From positions 1 through 42,179 of the forward strand of contig NW_021835216.1 in assembly GCF_006345805.1 (NCBI RefSeq): a stretch of 42,179 bases of DNA, read 5' to 3'. The stretch is from Octopus sinensis (taxonomy: Eukaryota). Within the stretch, counting starts at the first letter, position 1. Each line of letters starts with the position of its first letter. The translations under genes were made by a program, and so were the position numbers. Under the pieces are notes generated by a model. That model did no database searches. It saw only the letters and a list, made by a program, of their open reading frames with translations, and was not told where the DNA came from. Positions 1 to 10,794 of this stretch are shown piece by piece.

Positions 1-537
1 CTTTTTCAGTGACTTTTCGTCACTGGCGACAAATGCAAAAAATATGCAGAACGACTCCAGCTTGTATCAACTGATTTAGAAGGTATAAACTTGCGTCCTA
101 TAGCTAAATAACTTCATTAATAGACACTTCATATAAACAACGTAGTCTTCGGCGAGAATTTAGTCGATACCAAACATCTGACTGAATCTTTTGCATCATG
201 GGAAAACTGGTTAAGCTCCCGCTTTCCTAGACTTATTAACTTATTTGTTAACTTATTTGTTTTTCCTTCTCTCAAATTTATTTAATTCGATGTAGTTTTC
301 CTTTTGTACTGAAATTGAAAGAGCGAAGGATATTTAGTAAAGAAACGAGCTCGGCATCGTTACCTAACTATAGACACAAGACTAGTATTTATGAGGATAG
401 GTGGAATTTGAACTCGGAACGTATAAAACCGAAAGAAATGTCATTGAGCATTTTGTCTAATGCGATAAATATTCTACCGGTTTATTGCCATCTTCATAAT
501 AATAATCCTTTCTTCTATAGGCACAATGCCTGATGTC

Positions 538-1023
538 GGCGGACGTAAAGAATGTGGACCGCACCTGCTTTGGTTTTTTTTTTAAGCATCCCCCATTTTC
601 GAGTACGGAGATTCTGAAAAATAAATAAATAAAAAAAAAATAATAAACGCATTTAAAAATTTTAACTCCCCACCCCCAGCCATAATAGTTAGTTTTAGAG
701 TTAGGGTTAGTTTTAGGGTTAGGGTTAGAGTTAGGAGTGGGGGTATTATATACTTTTTATAAATTGAAATTTTACAAAATTTTTTTTTAGAATCATAATC
801 TCCGTATTTTTCTACGTATTTCGAAGAAAAAAAAACAAGCAAAAAAACAAACAAACAAAAAAAATTCTGAAAAAAGTGAAAATTGAAGAATTGGGCGGGG
901 CAGAAATTAAAATATGGTTTTTTTTTTTTTGGCAGAATCAGAATTTCCGTACTCGAAAATGGGAGATTCTGTAAATAAATAAAACCCTAAGTGGGTGCAG
1001 TTCACATTCTTTACGCCCGCCCT
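538..1023. mobile_element. MITE-like element with imperfect terminal inverted repeats and internal telomere-like repeats, inserted into a family C SINE
   Basis: Left GGCGGACGTAAAGAATGTGGACCGCACC matches the reverse complement of right GGTGCAGTTCACATTCTTTACGCCCGCC. A second inverted block is CCCATTTTCGAGTACGGAGATTCTGA / TCAGAATTTCCGTACTCGAAAATGGG. Flanks are GATGTC (532-537) and GATATC (1024-1029). TTAGGG/TTAGAG units lie at about 687-735. Confidence 0.75.
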
Positions 1024-1029
1024 GATATC

Positions 1030-1189
1030 TGAGGGAACTAGTCGACTACTAGTACTTATTTTCATCGACCCCGATAGGATGAAAGGCAAAGTTGACCTTG
1101 GCGGTATTTGAACTCAGAAAGTAAAGACGGGAGGAATACTGCAAAGGATTTTGTCCGGCGTGCTGACGCTTCTGCCAGCTCGCCGCCTT
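1030..1189 (-). mobile_element. SINE family C (tRNA-like head GGCGGCGAGCTGGCAGAA, core GTCGACTTTGCCTTTCATCCTTTCGGGGTCGATAAAATAAGTACC); its tail lies left of the MITE at about 505-531
   Basis: Matches more than 20 other copies in the window. The core resembles the Meta-type conserved SINE domain, from recall. Confidence 0.8.
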
Positions 1190-1633
1190 CTTCATAATAA
1201 TTATTATGAATATGTCTCTTTATTAGCCATGAACGTTCGAAGCGATTCAATTAAATGCACCGACCTTGCAAATAAATAAATAAATAAATAAAGAAATGAA
1301 TGAATAAATTAATAAACAAATAAAATAAACAAATTAACAAATAAAATAAATAAATAACTGTTGCTATATATATAAACCAGGTCAGGGATAAAAGCGTTAT
1401 AGAATATATAATTGCGAGAATTAAAAATGTATGAAGAACATCACTGTTGGTGCACCAGCATGGCCACAGCCTTAAGGCTGAAACATGTAAAAGAATAAGA
1501 CATAAAATATTTACATGGGAGAAATAAAATAAAGTACAATAAAACACGCAGTACAATAAAAAAATACAATGAAACACGCAGTAATTACAAAGCACGAAAG
1601 ACTACTTGCGTTCCTAATTAAGCAGCATCTTCA

Positions 1634-1830
1634 GTGGGTGGTTAGGGCAGTGGACTCGCGGTCGGAGGATCACGGTTTCGATTCCCAGACCGGGCGTTGT
1701 GTGTGTTTATTGAGCGAAAACACCTAAAGCTCCACGAGACTCCGACACGGGGTAGTGGTGACCCTTGTTGTACTCTTTCGCAATAACTTTCTCTCACTCT
1801 TTCTTCCTGTTTCTTCTTGTCCCCGACCTC
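1634..1830 (+). mobile_element. tRNA-derived SINE family D
   Basis: A-box-like CAGTGG-TGGTTAGGGCAG and B-box-like GGTTTCGATTCCC. Homologous to 32307-32582. Confidence 0.75.
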
Positions 1831-2119
1831 CTACACAACCGCTGAACCTGGATGCGCATTCATCCATCCGTCGATGCTCTCGGTGTTGGGGTTCTGCTTT
1901 CTGCTTCGTCGGACGGCGTTTCTTACGCCAAAGGACGACGTTTCGACTTTTCTCGCTTCCATCTGCGAGCTCTGGGGCGAAAACCGTTCGCTCAACAGCA
2001 GCAGCATCTTCAAACTTTTCTTCTATTATTCATGGTTGGAGATGTTAAAATCTTGTGCTTGTGTTTGGTGGACACTTGGGGTAGTAGTAAGGAAGTGAGG
2101 GTCGATGTCCTATGGATAA

Positions 2120-2447
2120 ATGGCATTCCGTCGGTTACGACGACGCATGTTCCAGTTGATTTGATCAACGGAACAGCCTGCTCGTGAAAATTAATATGAA
2201 AGCAGTTTAGCACTCCACAGACAAGCATACCCTTGCCGTAGTTCTCGGGAAGAATCAGCTTGACTCAGAATTTAACAAGGCTGATCCCCGTGAATTACAG
2301 GTACAGCTCATTTTTGCCAGCTGAGTGGGTTGGTGCAATGTGAAATAAAATGTCTTTCTCAAGAACACGACGCGCCGCCGGGAATCGAACTCACAACCTT
2401 ATGACCAGAAACTGAACACGTCTAGCACTAACCCACGCGCCTTCACT
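2120..2447 (-). mobile_element. tRNA-derived SINE family E
   Basis: Homologous along its length to 38713-39037. The head reads GAAGGCGCGTGG...GTTCGATTCCCGG on the minus strand. Confidence 0.8.
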
Positions 2448-3345
2448 GAAGATAACTACAAAGAATTGTTTCGTAATGCCTGTCTTTTATATGCTGCTTG
2501 AAATGTAATTAAATCCGACTTAATCTTCTGAGAGTGGTTAGGATATTTTGTCAAAGTGTCAACAAACTGAATGAATAAAGTGGGGGTTTTTTTTTAGGAA
2601 GTTTTGGGTGCTACTATTATGGGAATCTTGACCAAGGTTTCACCTCTGCTAAATGTGGGAAGTGAAACAAAACGTAGTCCTAAACATAGGTCAAGTTTGG
2701 ATTGAAGGTTTATGTAGATTTATCATTACTACTAGAAGTTTACCATTCTACTCATTTCAAAGAGATTATTCTTAGTTTAGAGGTATTCAATCAAATTTTT
2801 GGTTCTTGTTTTCCCCAATTTTTTTAAAATAATAATTATTATTATAAAAAGTGTAAGGTATTTATTTGAATTGTTTAAATGTAAATTTTCTTTCATGAAG
2901 GCATCTTAGAGCTAGTTCTTGTCTTGTGTTTATAAGACTGAATTTAGAAGTGAAAATTTGGTATATTTCCTCCACGCACAAGTCGTATCTTTTATCCCCA
3001 TTCTATAAAGTTTATCCTTACTAATAATATCCCAGCAGAGAAACCGATAGAATAAGAAATAGGCTTACAAAGAATAAGTCCTGGGGTCGATTTGTTCGAT
3101 TAAAACCATTTAAAGCGGTACTCCAGCATAGCCGCAGTCTGTCTGAAACAAGTAACAGAATAAAGAAAGAATAATGACAGATTTCTTTCAATGTAAGGCA
3201 TAATGAAGACATTTTAATCAATACTAGTCGTCCTTATTAGTATTTACTGTAACTCGAGACAAGGTTCTTATATTAACTCACCTACATCATAACATCGATC
3301 TTATAGAGAAGTCAAACCGATATAAAATAATGAAAAGGGTAAAAC

Positions 3346-3346
<1 letters not shown>

Positions 3347-3400
<54 letters not shown>
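3347..3400 (+). repeat. (AAT)n microsatellite, upstream flank of the truncated Dong/R4 copy
   Basis: Directly visible. Confidence 0.95.
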
Positions 3401-3401
<1 letters not shown>

Positions 3402-3420
3402 TCTCATAATATCTCATAAT

Positions 3421-3837
3421 ATCTCGGCGAAAGAATTTGACAAGCTCAAAAAATATAAAGACTTGCTCATTGAAATTGAGAAAATGTGGCATCTCAAAGG
3501 CGGTTACAATACCAGTGATCGTAGGAGCACTAGGAATGATCAAGAAGGGAACTGAAAATTATACGAGAATGATCCCTGGCTTACCATACCTGCAAAACGT
3601 TCAAAAGATTGTCTTAACTAGTACGTTACACGTATTGAGAAGAGCATTGTCGATGTGAGAACTATTACTACCCATGTATTTTAATTTAACTTTATTCCTA
3701 TAAAAAAAAATTAACGAACTAGTGAGTTTAGTTTAATGGCCTACCAATGTATACAATGAGTTTCTTTGCCCTAGGAGACGGGAAGACACACGGCAAGAAA
3801 TGGAAGCAAATTTGAAAGAAGAAAAACTCATAAATAT
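3421..3837 (+). mobile_element. 5'-truncated Dong/R4-type non-LTR retrotransposon (endonuclease-region C-terminus plus 3' UTR)
   Basis: With one +1 frameshift near 3497 it reads ISAKEFDKLKKYKDLLIEIEKMWHL/KAVTIPVIVGALGMIKKG...VQKIVLTSTLHVLRRALSM*. This aligns to the C-terminus of the 14106-14918 ORF (KLSKYKDLEIEISKMWKLKTKTIPVVIGAL...IQKIVLMGTAHILRKILSM*). It ends in an (AAT)n tail at 3838-3880. Confidence 0.85.
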
Positions 3838-3838
3838 G

Positions 3839-3871
<33 letters not shown>

Positions 3872-3894
3872 TTAATAATAAAGCTATGATGATA

Positions 3895-3932
<38 letters not shown>

Positions 3933-4124
3933 ATGCACAGTTTAACAAGATTCTGAAGTGACAATATTTAAATTCGATTTGAAAATGGTAGATTTAATAA
4001 TAAACGTAAAGTGTAGTAAATGGAAGTGACATTTCTTGGTCATCTTTGGAGGTTACCAACATATGGTTCCACGTAAAATCTATTGATGTAATTACATTAA
4101 ATATTGTGTGTGTATATATATATA

Positions 4125-4165
<41 letters not shown>

Positions 4166-4286
4166 CTTATACATATCTACATATATTTTTATACATATCT
4201 ATATTTATTTATTTTTTATACATATATATATATATGTAACACACACATATATATAAATAGTAAACATATTTAGCAATGGAGAGAGA

Positions 4287-4331
<45 letters not shown>

Positions 4332-4496
4332 CGAAGGGCCTCTTTCAGTTTCCGTCTGCCAGATCCACTCGCAAAGATTTGGTCTACCCGAGACCACAAT
4401 GGAGGACAGTTGTTGAAGGTGCCACGCAGTTGAACTGAATCCAGAACCATATGGTTAGGAAGCAAGCTTTTTACCACAAAGCCACTCCTGCGCCTA
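4332..4496 (-). mobile_element. SINE family B, 5' part only
   Basis: Reverse complement of AGGCGCAGGAGTGGCT.TGTGGTAA...ACTGAAAGAGGCCC, as in the full copies at 12744 and 22517. Confidence 0.8.
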
Positions 4497-4550
4497 TATA
4501 CAACATATATGCATATAGAAATAGAGGGCATGTAACGTTATTGATTATTG

Positions 4551-4975
4551 ATTTTAAATTTTGGCACAAGGCCAGCAACTTCAGAGGAAGTGGTAAGTCG
4601 ATTATATCTACACCACTGTTTAACTGGTATTTATATTATTGACCCCTAAAGAATTAAAGGAAAAGTCGACTTGGGCTGAATTTGAACTCAAAACGGAAAG
4701 GCGGATGAAATACCACTAAGTATCTTGTCCGGCGTGCTAACGATTCTGCCAGCTCGTCGCGTTAACGTTATTGATTTAAAATGTTGGTACCAGGCTAACA
4801 ATTTTGGGAGAAGTGTGTAAGCCAGTTACATTGACCCGAAAGCTCAAATGGTACTTATTTTATCAACATCGATAGAATGAGAAGTAAAGTTGATCTCGGT
4901 GGAATTCGAACTCAGAACAAAAGCCGCTAAGAATTTTGGTCCGGCATGCTAACGACTCTGCCAGCTCGCCGCCTT
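4551..4975 (-). mobile_element. Two tandem family C SINEs
   Basis: Two successive units run from tail (GGCACAAGGCCAGCAA) to head (CTGCCAGCTCGCCGCC). Confidence 0.8.
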
Positions 4976-5003
4976 AGAGTTAACGATTATTGGTATGGAT
5001 ATT

Positions 5004-5266
5004 ATAATAATAATAAATGCGCCCTTTTAAAGCCTAGCCAGGCTCATGGGCCCGGTTTTCCGGTTTCAATGGCGTATGTGTTCCCCAGCTGGACGGGACG
5101 TAAATCCATCGCAGCTTTACTCATTTTTGCCAGCTGAGTGGACTGGAACAACGTGAAATGAAGTGTTTTGCTCAAGAACACAACGCGTCGCCCGGTCCAG
5201 GAATCGAAACTACAATCTTACGATCATGATGCTGACACCCTAACCACTAAGCCACGCGCCTCCACA
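5004..5266 (-). mobile_element. tRNA-derived SINE family A
   Basis: Head GTGGAGGCGCGTGGCTTAGTGGTTAGGG...GTTTCGATTCCTGG with a (TTA)n tail. Near-identical to 8453-8709. Confidence 0.85.
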
Positions 5267-5529
5267 TGAATAGTATAGCTGAATAAATAATTTCTGTTAG
5301 TCTGTTGTTGATATTGTAGTTTCAGTGTGACGCTATCAAACAGAATACAAAATTGTGCCAGCCAAACGCATTTCAATTGTAGAATTTATGAATAGGTATT
5401 TCTGGAAAATTCTTGGGATTGTAGAAATATTTTTCATTCATTTTTTCATTTTCCTCTAGTTTCAGCTCACGAGCTGTGGCCATGCTGGGGCACCGCCGTA
5501 TTTGCTTACAATAAAGACTAATATTGCTT

Positions 5530-5985
5530 TAAATTTTTTGCACAAGTTCAGCAAAATTAGAGGGATGGCATTAGTCGATTACATCGTCCCAAGCGCTGAG
5601 CTGTTTCTTATTTTATCGACCCCGAACGGATAAAATACAAAGTTGACCTCGGAGGAATTTGAACTCGGAACATAGATACAGGCGAAATGCCTCTATGCAT
5701 TTAGCCCGCCGTTCTAACGACCAGCTCATCGCCTTAACGTGATTAGTTAACGGCTTAAAAATTTTATCACAAGGCCAGCAATTTTGGGATGGGTGGGGTG
5801 GGGTTCATTAGTGACATAGATCCCCAGGGTTCAACTGCTACTTATTATTTTTTTGAACCCGAAAAAAAAATATGACAGGCAAAATGGACTTTGGCGGAAT
5901 TTGAACGTAGAACGTGAACTCAGAAGAAATGCCGTTAAACATTTAGTTCGGCATGCTAAAGATTCTGCCGGTTCGCTCTCCTGCA
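5530..5985 (-). mobile_element. Two tandem degenerate family C SINEs
   Basis: The repeated core ATCGACCCCGAA...GTTGACCTCGG.GGAATTTGAAC is present in both. Confidence 0.7.
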
Positions 5986-6012
5986 TTAAACACTAATATT
6001 GAGAGAAAGCAT

Positions 6013-6293
6013 GTTTGTTCCTTCTCGAGCCACGCCTGGCTCATAAGAGCGTATAGGTTCCCCACCTGGACGGGACGCCGGTCCATCGCAGGTGAGCTGC
6101 AAGATGCAGGAGGAAAGAATGAGAGAAAGTTGTGGCGAAAGAGTCAGCAGAAGTTTGCCATTACCTTCTGCTGGAGCCGCGTGAAGCTTAGGTGTTTCAC
6201 TCATAAGCACACACATCGCCCGGTCTGAGATTCGAACCCGCGATCCGTCGACCATGAGTTCGCTGCTCTAACCACTAGGCCATGTGCCTCCAC
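6013..6293 (-). mobile_element. Chimeric SINE family F (family D head and body, family A tail) with a 12-bp TSD
   Basis: GAGAGAAAGCAT at 6001-6012 and 6294-6305. Head GTGGAGGCACATGGCCTAGTGGTTAGAGCAGC. Tail GCGATGGACCGGCGTCCCGTCCAGGTGGGAA. Confidence 0.8.
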
Positions 6294-6305
6294 GAGAGAA
6301 AGCAT

Positions 6306-6666
6306 TGAGTCACCAAGATCCATCCCCTCCTCACCGTGGTGAGGACGCTGGCAACGGGTTGTGTCAGAGCTATGCCGTCGGGTAGGGCCACTCAAGGCGG
6401 ATTGGTCTGACACCGAGTGGTATTAGGGCCACAACCCGGCAGACGGGTGAAAATCCTCGGAGTGTCTGCTTCGGGAACCGGCGACTCCTCGGTCGTTCTG
6501 TCCCTGCATTTGCGGACAATCTGCGGCAAACAGGATGTCTCCACATGCGAGATTGTTGGGGACAGCTTGTGAAATACACATATTCCCACGAAACTTCTTC
6601 CTTGAGTAGAAGAAGCCGACTCAACCCTACCAGGGTGAATGCCGCCACATGTACAAGTACAAGTAC
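6306..6666 (+). mobile_element. Short non-autonomous retroelement, probably RTE-derived, with a (CAAGTA)n tail and a 12-bp TSD
   Basis: GAGAGAAAGCAT at 6294-6305 and 6667-6678. Tail TGTACAAGTACAAGTAC. GAGCTATGCCGTCGGGTAGGGCCACTCAAGGCGGATTGGTC recalls RTE/Expander 5' UTRs, from memory. Confidence 0.6.
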
Positions 6667-6723
6667 GAGAGAAAGCATGGTGCCCCAAAATGAAACTGTA
6701 TTCCATAATATAAACTCCTTCAG

Positions 6724-6829
6724 AGGTGCTGATTATTTGCATAATGGAACCAAAATCGACTGCCCGACATTAAGTACTTTCGTAGATGCAAATTTGATAA
6801 CGAGAATGGACACGAATGAAAATGATTCT
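6724..6829 (+). CDS. Candidate isolated internal exon (phase 2 to 0), GADYLHNGTKIDCPTLSTFVDANLITRMDTNENDS, protein unknown
   Basis: Acceptor ACTCCTTCAG and donor TCT|GTATGT. Only one frame is open, in non-repetitive sequence. No partner exon was established. Confidence 0.3.
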
Positions 6830-7060
6830 GTATGTTTATTTATTCCCAGCTGGTATTGATTCTCTGATAATAATGTAAACACACACTTCCTAACAACACA
6901 TTCGGTGCAGACCTGATTGTGTCGTTAGGAAGATAGCTTTGTAAGCACGTGATTACGGGTTCAGTTCCACTGTACAATACCCTGTGAAAGTTCTTTGTAG
7001 AATAGCCCTGGACTGACCAACGCCTTGTTAGTGAACTCGGTTGAGGGGAACTGTGGAAGT

Positions 7061-7448
7061 ATTCCTTTTCTTGTTTCAGTCATTTGACTGCGGCCATGCT
7101 GGAGCACCGCCTTTAGTCGAAGAAATCGACCACAGGACTGAATCTTTGTAAGCCTAGTACTTATTCTCTTCGGTCTCTTTGCCGAACCGCTACGTTCCGG
7201 GGACGTAAACACACCACCATAGGTTGTTAAACGATGGTCGGGGGACAAATACAGACATACAAACATACATATGTACATACATATATACATACGATGGGCT
7301 CCATTCAGTTTCCGTCTACCAGATCGACTCACAAGGCTTTGGTCGGCCCGGAACTATAGTCGAAGACACTTGCCCAAAGTACCACACAGTGGGCCTGAAC
7401 CCGGAACCATGTGGTTGGGAAGTAGGCTTCTTACCACAAATATCCACG

Positions 7449-7451
<3 letters not shown>
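7061..7451 (-). mobile_element. SINE family B, full length
   Basis: Head, internal (TA/CA)n and tail GGCGGTGCTCCAGCATGGCCGCAGTCAAATGACTGAAACAAG, matching the other copies. Confidence 0.85.
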
Positions 7452-7487
<36 letters not shown>

Positions 7488-7491
7488 ATAT

Positions 7492-7564
<73 letters not shown>

Positions 7565-7588
7565 CTGCCTGTGGTAGTAAGGGTTGTT

Positions 7589-7812
7589 AAGGTGGTGAGC
7601 TAGCAGAATGGTTAGCACGGCAGGTAAAATGCTTAGCGGCATTCGTTCGTCTTTGCATTCTGAGTTCAAATTCCACCGAGCTCAATTTTACCTGTCATCC
7701 TTTCAGGATCGATAAAATTAGTACCAAGTTGACCGCTGAGGTCAATGTAATCGACTTAAATTCGATCCACCCCAAAATTACTGGCCTTGTGCCAAAATTT
7801 GAAACTAATATT
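7589..7812 (+). mobile_element. SINE family C
   Basis: Runs AAGGTGGTGAGCTAGCAGAA...CTGGCCTTGTGCCAAAATTTGAAAC. Confidence 0.8.
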
Positions 7813-8194
7813 CGTTCTCTTACCAATATTCTCTACTTGTTGCTTAGTTTAGGGCAAGATATCTGGAAAAACGTTATTCGATAAGGTGTGTAGCTCGGAG
7901 TTGAGGGAGTCTTTCCTGGTCGTGCCGCTACAGTTCTTGTATTATGGTCATGTGATTAGAATGAAGTGTATAACTGAAAAATACGATGCTACTCCTGGTC
8001 TCAGAATCGAAACCACGCACCCTCATTTAATACAGTGGCTCTCAACGGGAGTCCATATGGTCCTTAGGGATCCTTATAGCTCTTAAAGGTCCATATAAGA
8101 TTTTGGTGTTGAAATTTATGTGAAATAAACTGATTTTACATTATTTACATTATTTACATTTGATGGATATTTGTCCTCATCTTGTTTGTTGTTA

Positions 8195-8238
8195 ACACAG
8201 CATTTCGGCTGATATATTCTCCAGCCTTCATCAGGTGT
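8195..8238 (-). ncRNA. Degenerate minimal type I hammerhead ribozyme in a Penelope-type repeat fragment (about 8130-8255)
   Basis: The minus strand reads ACAC-CTGATGA-AGGCTG-gagaatatat-CAGCC-GAAA-TGCT-GTGT. Stem I, stem II and both core boxes are present. Position 16.1 is C rather than U, so it is probably inactive. Confidence 0.6.
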
Positions 8239-8256
8239 CTTGGGAATATTTTCCAC

Positions 8257-8341
8257 GGGCATGTGGCATAGAGGTTAAGAGCGTGGGCTACTAACCGCAA
8301 GATTCCGAGTTCGATTCCAAACAGTAACCTAAATAATAATT

Positions 8342-8390
<49 letters not shown>
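8257..8390 (+). mobile_element. Short tRNA-derived SINE head with an (AAT)n tail
   Basis: GGGCATGTGGCATAGAGGTTAAGAGC (A box) and GAGTTCGATTCC (B box), followed by AATAATAAT. There is no acceptor stem. Confidence 0.6.
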
Positions 8391-8392
<2 letters not shown>

Positions 8393-8452
8393 GATCTATA
8401 TGGATGCATACATACATGTCTACATGTGGAAGTATATGCGTGAGAAGATATA

Positions 8453-8709
8453 AAAATAAAAGCGCCTTTTTAAACCCTAGCCAGGCTCAGGGACCCAGTT
8501 TCCCGGTTTCTATGGCGAATGTGTTCCCCAGGTGGACGGGACGCCAGTCCATCACAGCTTTACTAATTTTTGCCAGCTGAGTGGACTGGAGCAACGTGAA
8601 GTGAAGAGTTTTGCTCAAAAACTCCACGCGTCACCCGGTTCAGGAATCGAAACCACAATCTTACGATCATGATGCTGACACCCTAACCACTAAGCCACGC
8701 GCCTCCACA
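8453..8709 (-). mobile_element. SINE family A with a degenerate TSD
   Basis: Homologous to 5004-5266. TGAGAAG(A/G)TATA occurs at 8441-8452 and 8710-8721. Confidence 0.85.
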
Positions 8710-8729
8710 TGAGAAGGTATACATAAAAC

Positions 8730-9190
8730 AAAATATGTACATATACATACATTCATGCATGCATACATACGTACATACGTACATACGTATATACGTACAT
8801 ACATACGTACATACGTACATACGTACATACGTACATACATACGTACGTACGTACATGCATACATACATATATACATGCATACATACATACAAAACTACCC
8901 TATTGTTGATGTTGAAATTCTAATGAAGGAAACTTGGTTCTAGTTTAGAAACCGGCTCTTTCTCCATTGGCATTGAATCTTAAAATAAATTGATTGACAT
9001 ACATACATACATACACATATACACAAACACACATACATACACGCATATATACACACATGCATATATACACATACACTCATACATATATACATACATAGAT
9101 ACACATACATAAAGACACGCGTACATACATACATACGCACAATCATACATACATACATACATACATACATACATACATACATACATACAT
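8730..9190 (+). repeat. (ACAT)n/(ACGT)n compound microsatellites
   Basis: Directly visible, interrupted by about 100 bp of unique sequence. Confidence 0.9.
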
Positions 9191-9731
9191 GGTGGTTGCC
9201 CCCTCGTTATCGAGTATGGTCATTGCACGAAGCTTAATCAATGTTGTTATCGTGCAATGCCTGTGCAAGAAGATCTTTTTAAAGTGAGGAAAGGCTGTGC
9301 ACCGAGTCAATCCCACTCACTAAGCAACAGCAGCCATAATCCGAAAAGAAGAACAAGTCAGCATCATCGGTAACCACTGAGCCGCAGGTTTTATGTCGGA
9401 GTTATCCCAGTTTCCTGAGTTACCTTCTCCTAGAAGGATGCCCTAACAAAGGCTAGGAGTCCTTCACTCCCAAAGGTTTAACCGCGCGATCGGGTATTCA
9501 GTCCGATTATTTCTATGTCCCCGTGCATGATACAGCCTTAAGACATTTATTGGATGGCCGTTGACTCTCAAGAGTTCCTCCGCCCTTTGACGGGTTTTGT
9601 TTTTCATCCCGCAAGGTATCCAATAAACACCCTCCTCACCAAGAAAGCTTGGTGGGGTCGCCGGTTTAGTCACCAACGACCCGACCATGCAACAGTTTGT
9701 ACTGGATTACATGTTACCAGTAGCACTCGAA
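9191..9731 (-). mobile_element. Family G non-coding repeat embedded in (ACAT)n, probably retrotransposon-derived
   Basis: Shares two blocks with 36281-36461 and is flanked on both sides by (ACAT)n. Strand and LINE origin are inferred from a putative (ATGT)n tail. Confidence 0.5.
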
Positions 9732-10093
9732 ATACATACATACACACATACATACATACACACATACATACAATACATACATACATACATACATACATAC
9801 ATACATACATACATACATACACGAATGCACGTATGCTCGATTTAACAGCTAATATCAGGAAACATACAACTTCCGTGTTTACATCTGAATTCGTTAGTTG
9901 CAGTTGTAATTTTATCTATTAACTGGACTTACAGGTTCGTGGTTTACTGCTGAGGTTTGTAATCTTTGTCTTTTCGTAATGTTAATTGGCTGTGCTGTTG
10001 TTACTACACACAACACAGATGCAGGAAGGTATATATGTACGTATTTCTTACTTACCCTCTATTACTCTCTCTATCACTGTTTCTCTGTCTGTC

Positions 10094-10095
10094 GG

Positions 10096-10161
<66 letters not shown>

Positions 10162-10190
10162 GATCTATCGATCTATCGATCTATCTATCG

Positions 10191-10273
<83 letters not shown>

Positions 10274-10345
10274 GATCTATCGATCTATCTATCGATCTAT
10301 CTATCGATCTATCTATCGATCTATCTATCTGTCTGTCTGTCTGTC
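10094..10345 (+). repeat. (TCTA)n microsatellite with TCGA variant units, grading into (TCTG)n
   Basis: Directly visible. It is the source of the IYLS ORFs. Confidence 0.95.
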
Positions 10346-10568
10346 TGTCTGTCTGTCGGTATATATCTCGCTTCCACTTTGTCTCATTGTCTCTGTCTCA
10401 CAATCATAATCATAAGGGTACACATGGCGCCTCCCTGCTAGAAAGAAGAGTTAAAGCACCCAGTCTCTCTATATATATGTATACACACACACGCATATAT
10501 ATATATATAATATATATTAATATTCCCTAATATCATTATATATATATACATATATATACTAATATATA

Positions 10569-10599
<31 letters not shown>

Positions 10600-10606
10600 A
10601 TATATG

Positions 10607-10657
<51 letters not shown>

Positions 10658-10794
10658 TGTTTGTGTGTGTGTTGTGTGTGTACGTAACTATGTATGTAGA
10701 TAGGTACTTATGTATGTATCTTTCTTTCTTTCTACGTATGTGTGTGTATCTCTCTCTCCCTCTCTATCTTTCTATGTCTCTCCCTCCATCTTAC

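Noticed and set aside
7-82. Hairpin CAGTGAC-TTTTC-GTCACTG and an exon-like TTTCAG...AAG|GTATAA segment
   Set aside because: A 7-bp stem is expected by chance, and all frames between the two sites are closed.
2599-2690. Possible exon after TTTTTTTTAG (EVLGATIMGILTK or GSFGCYYYGNLDQ)
   Set aside because: The donors are weak and ambiguous, and there is no homology or partner exon.
6410-6859. Long open frame running through the RTE-like insert into unique DNA
   Set aside because: It crosses a TSD-bounded insertion and its tail, and it has no recognisable motif.
8034-8100. CAGTGGCTCTCAAC, resembling a hAT MITE terminus
   Set aside because: No matching second terminus or 8-bp TSD was found.
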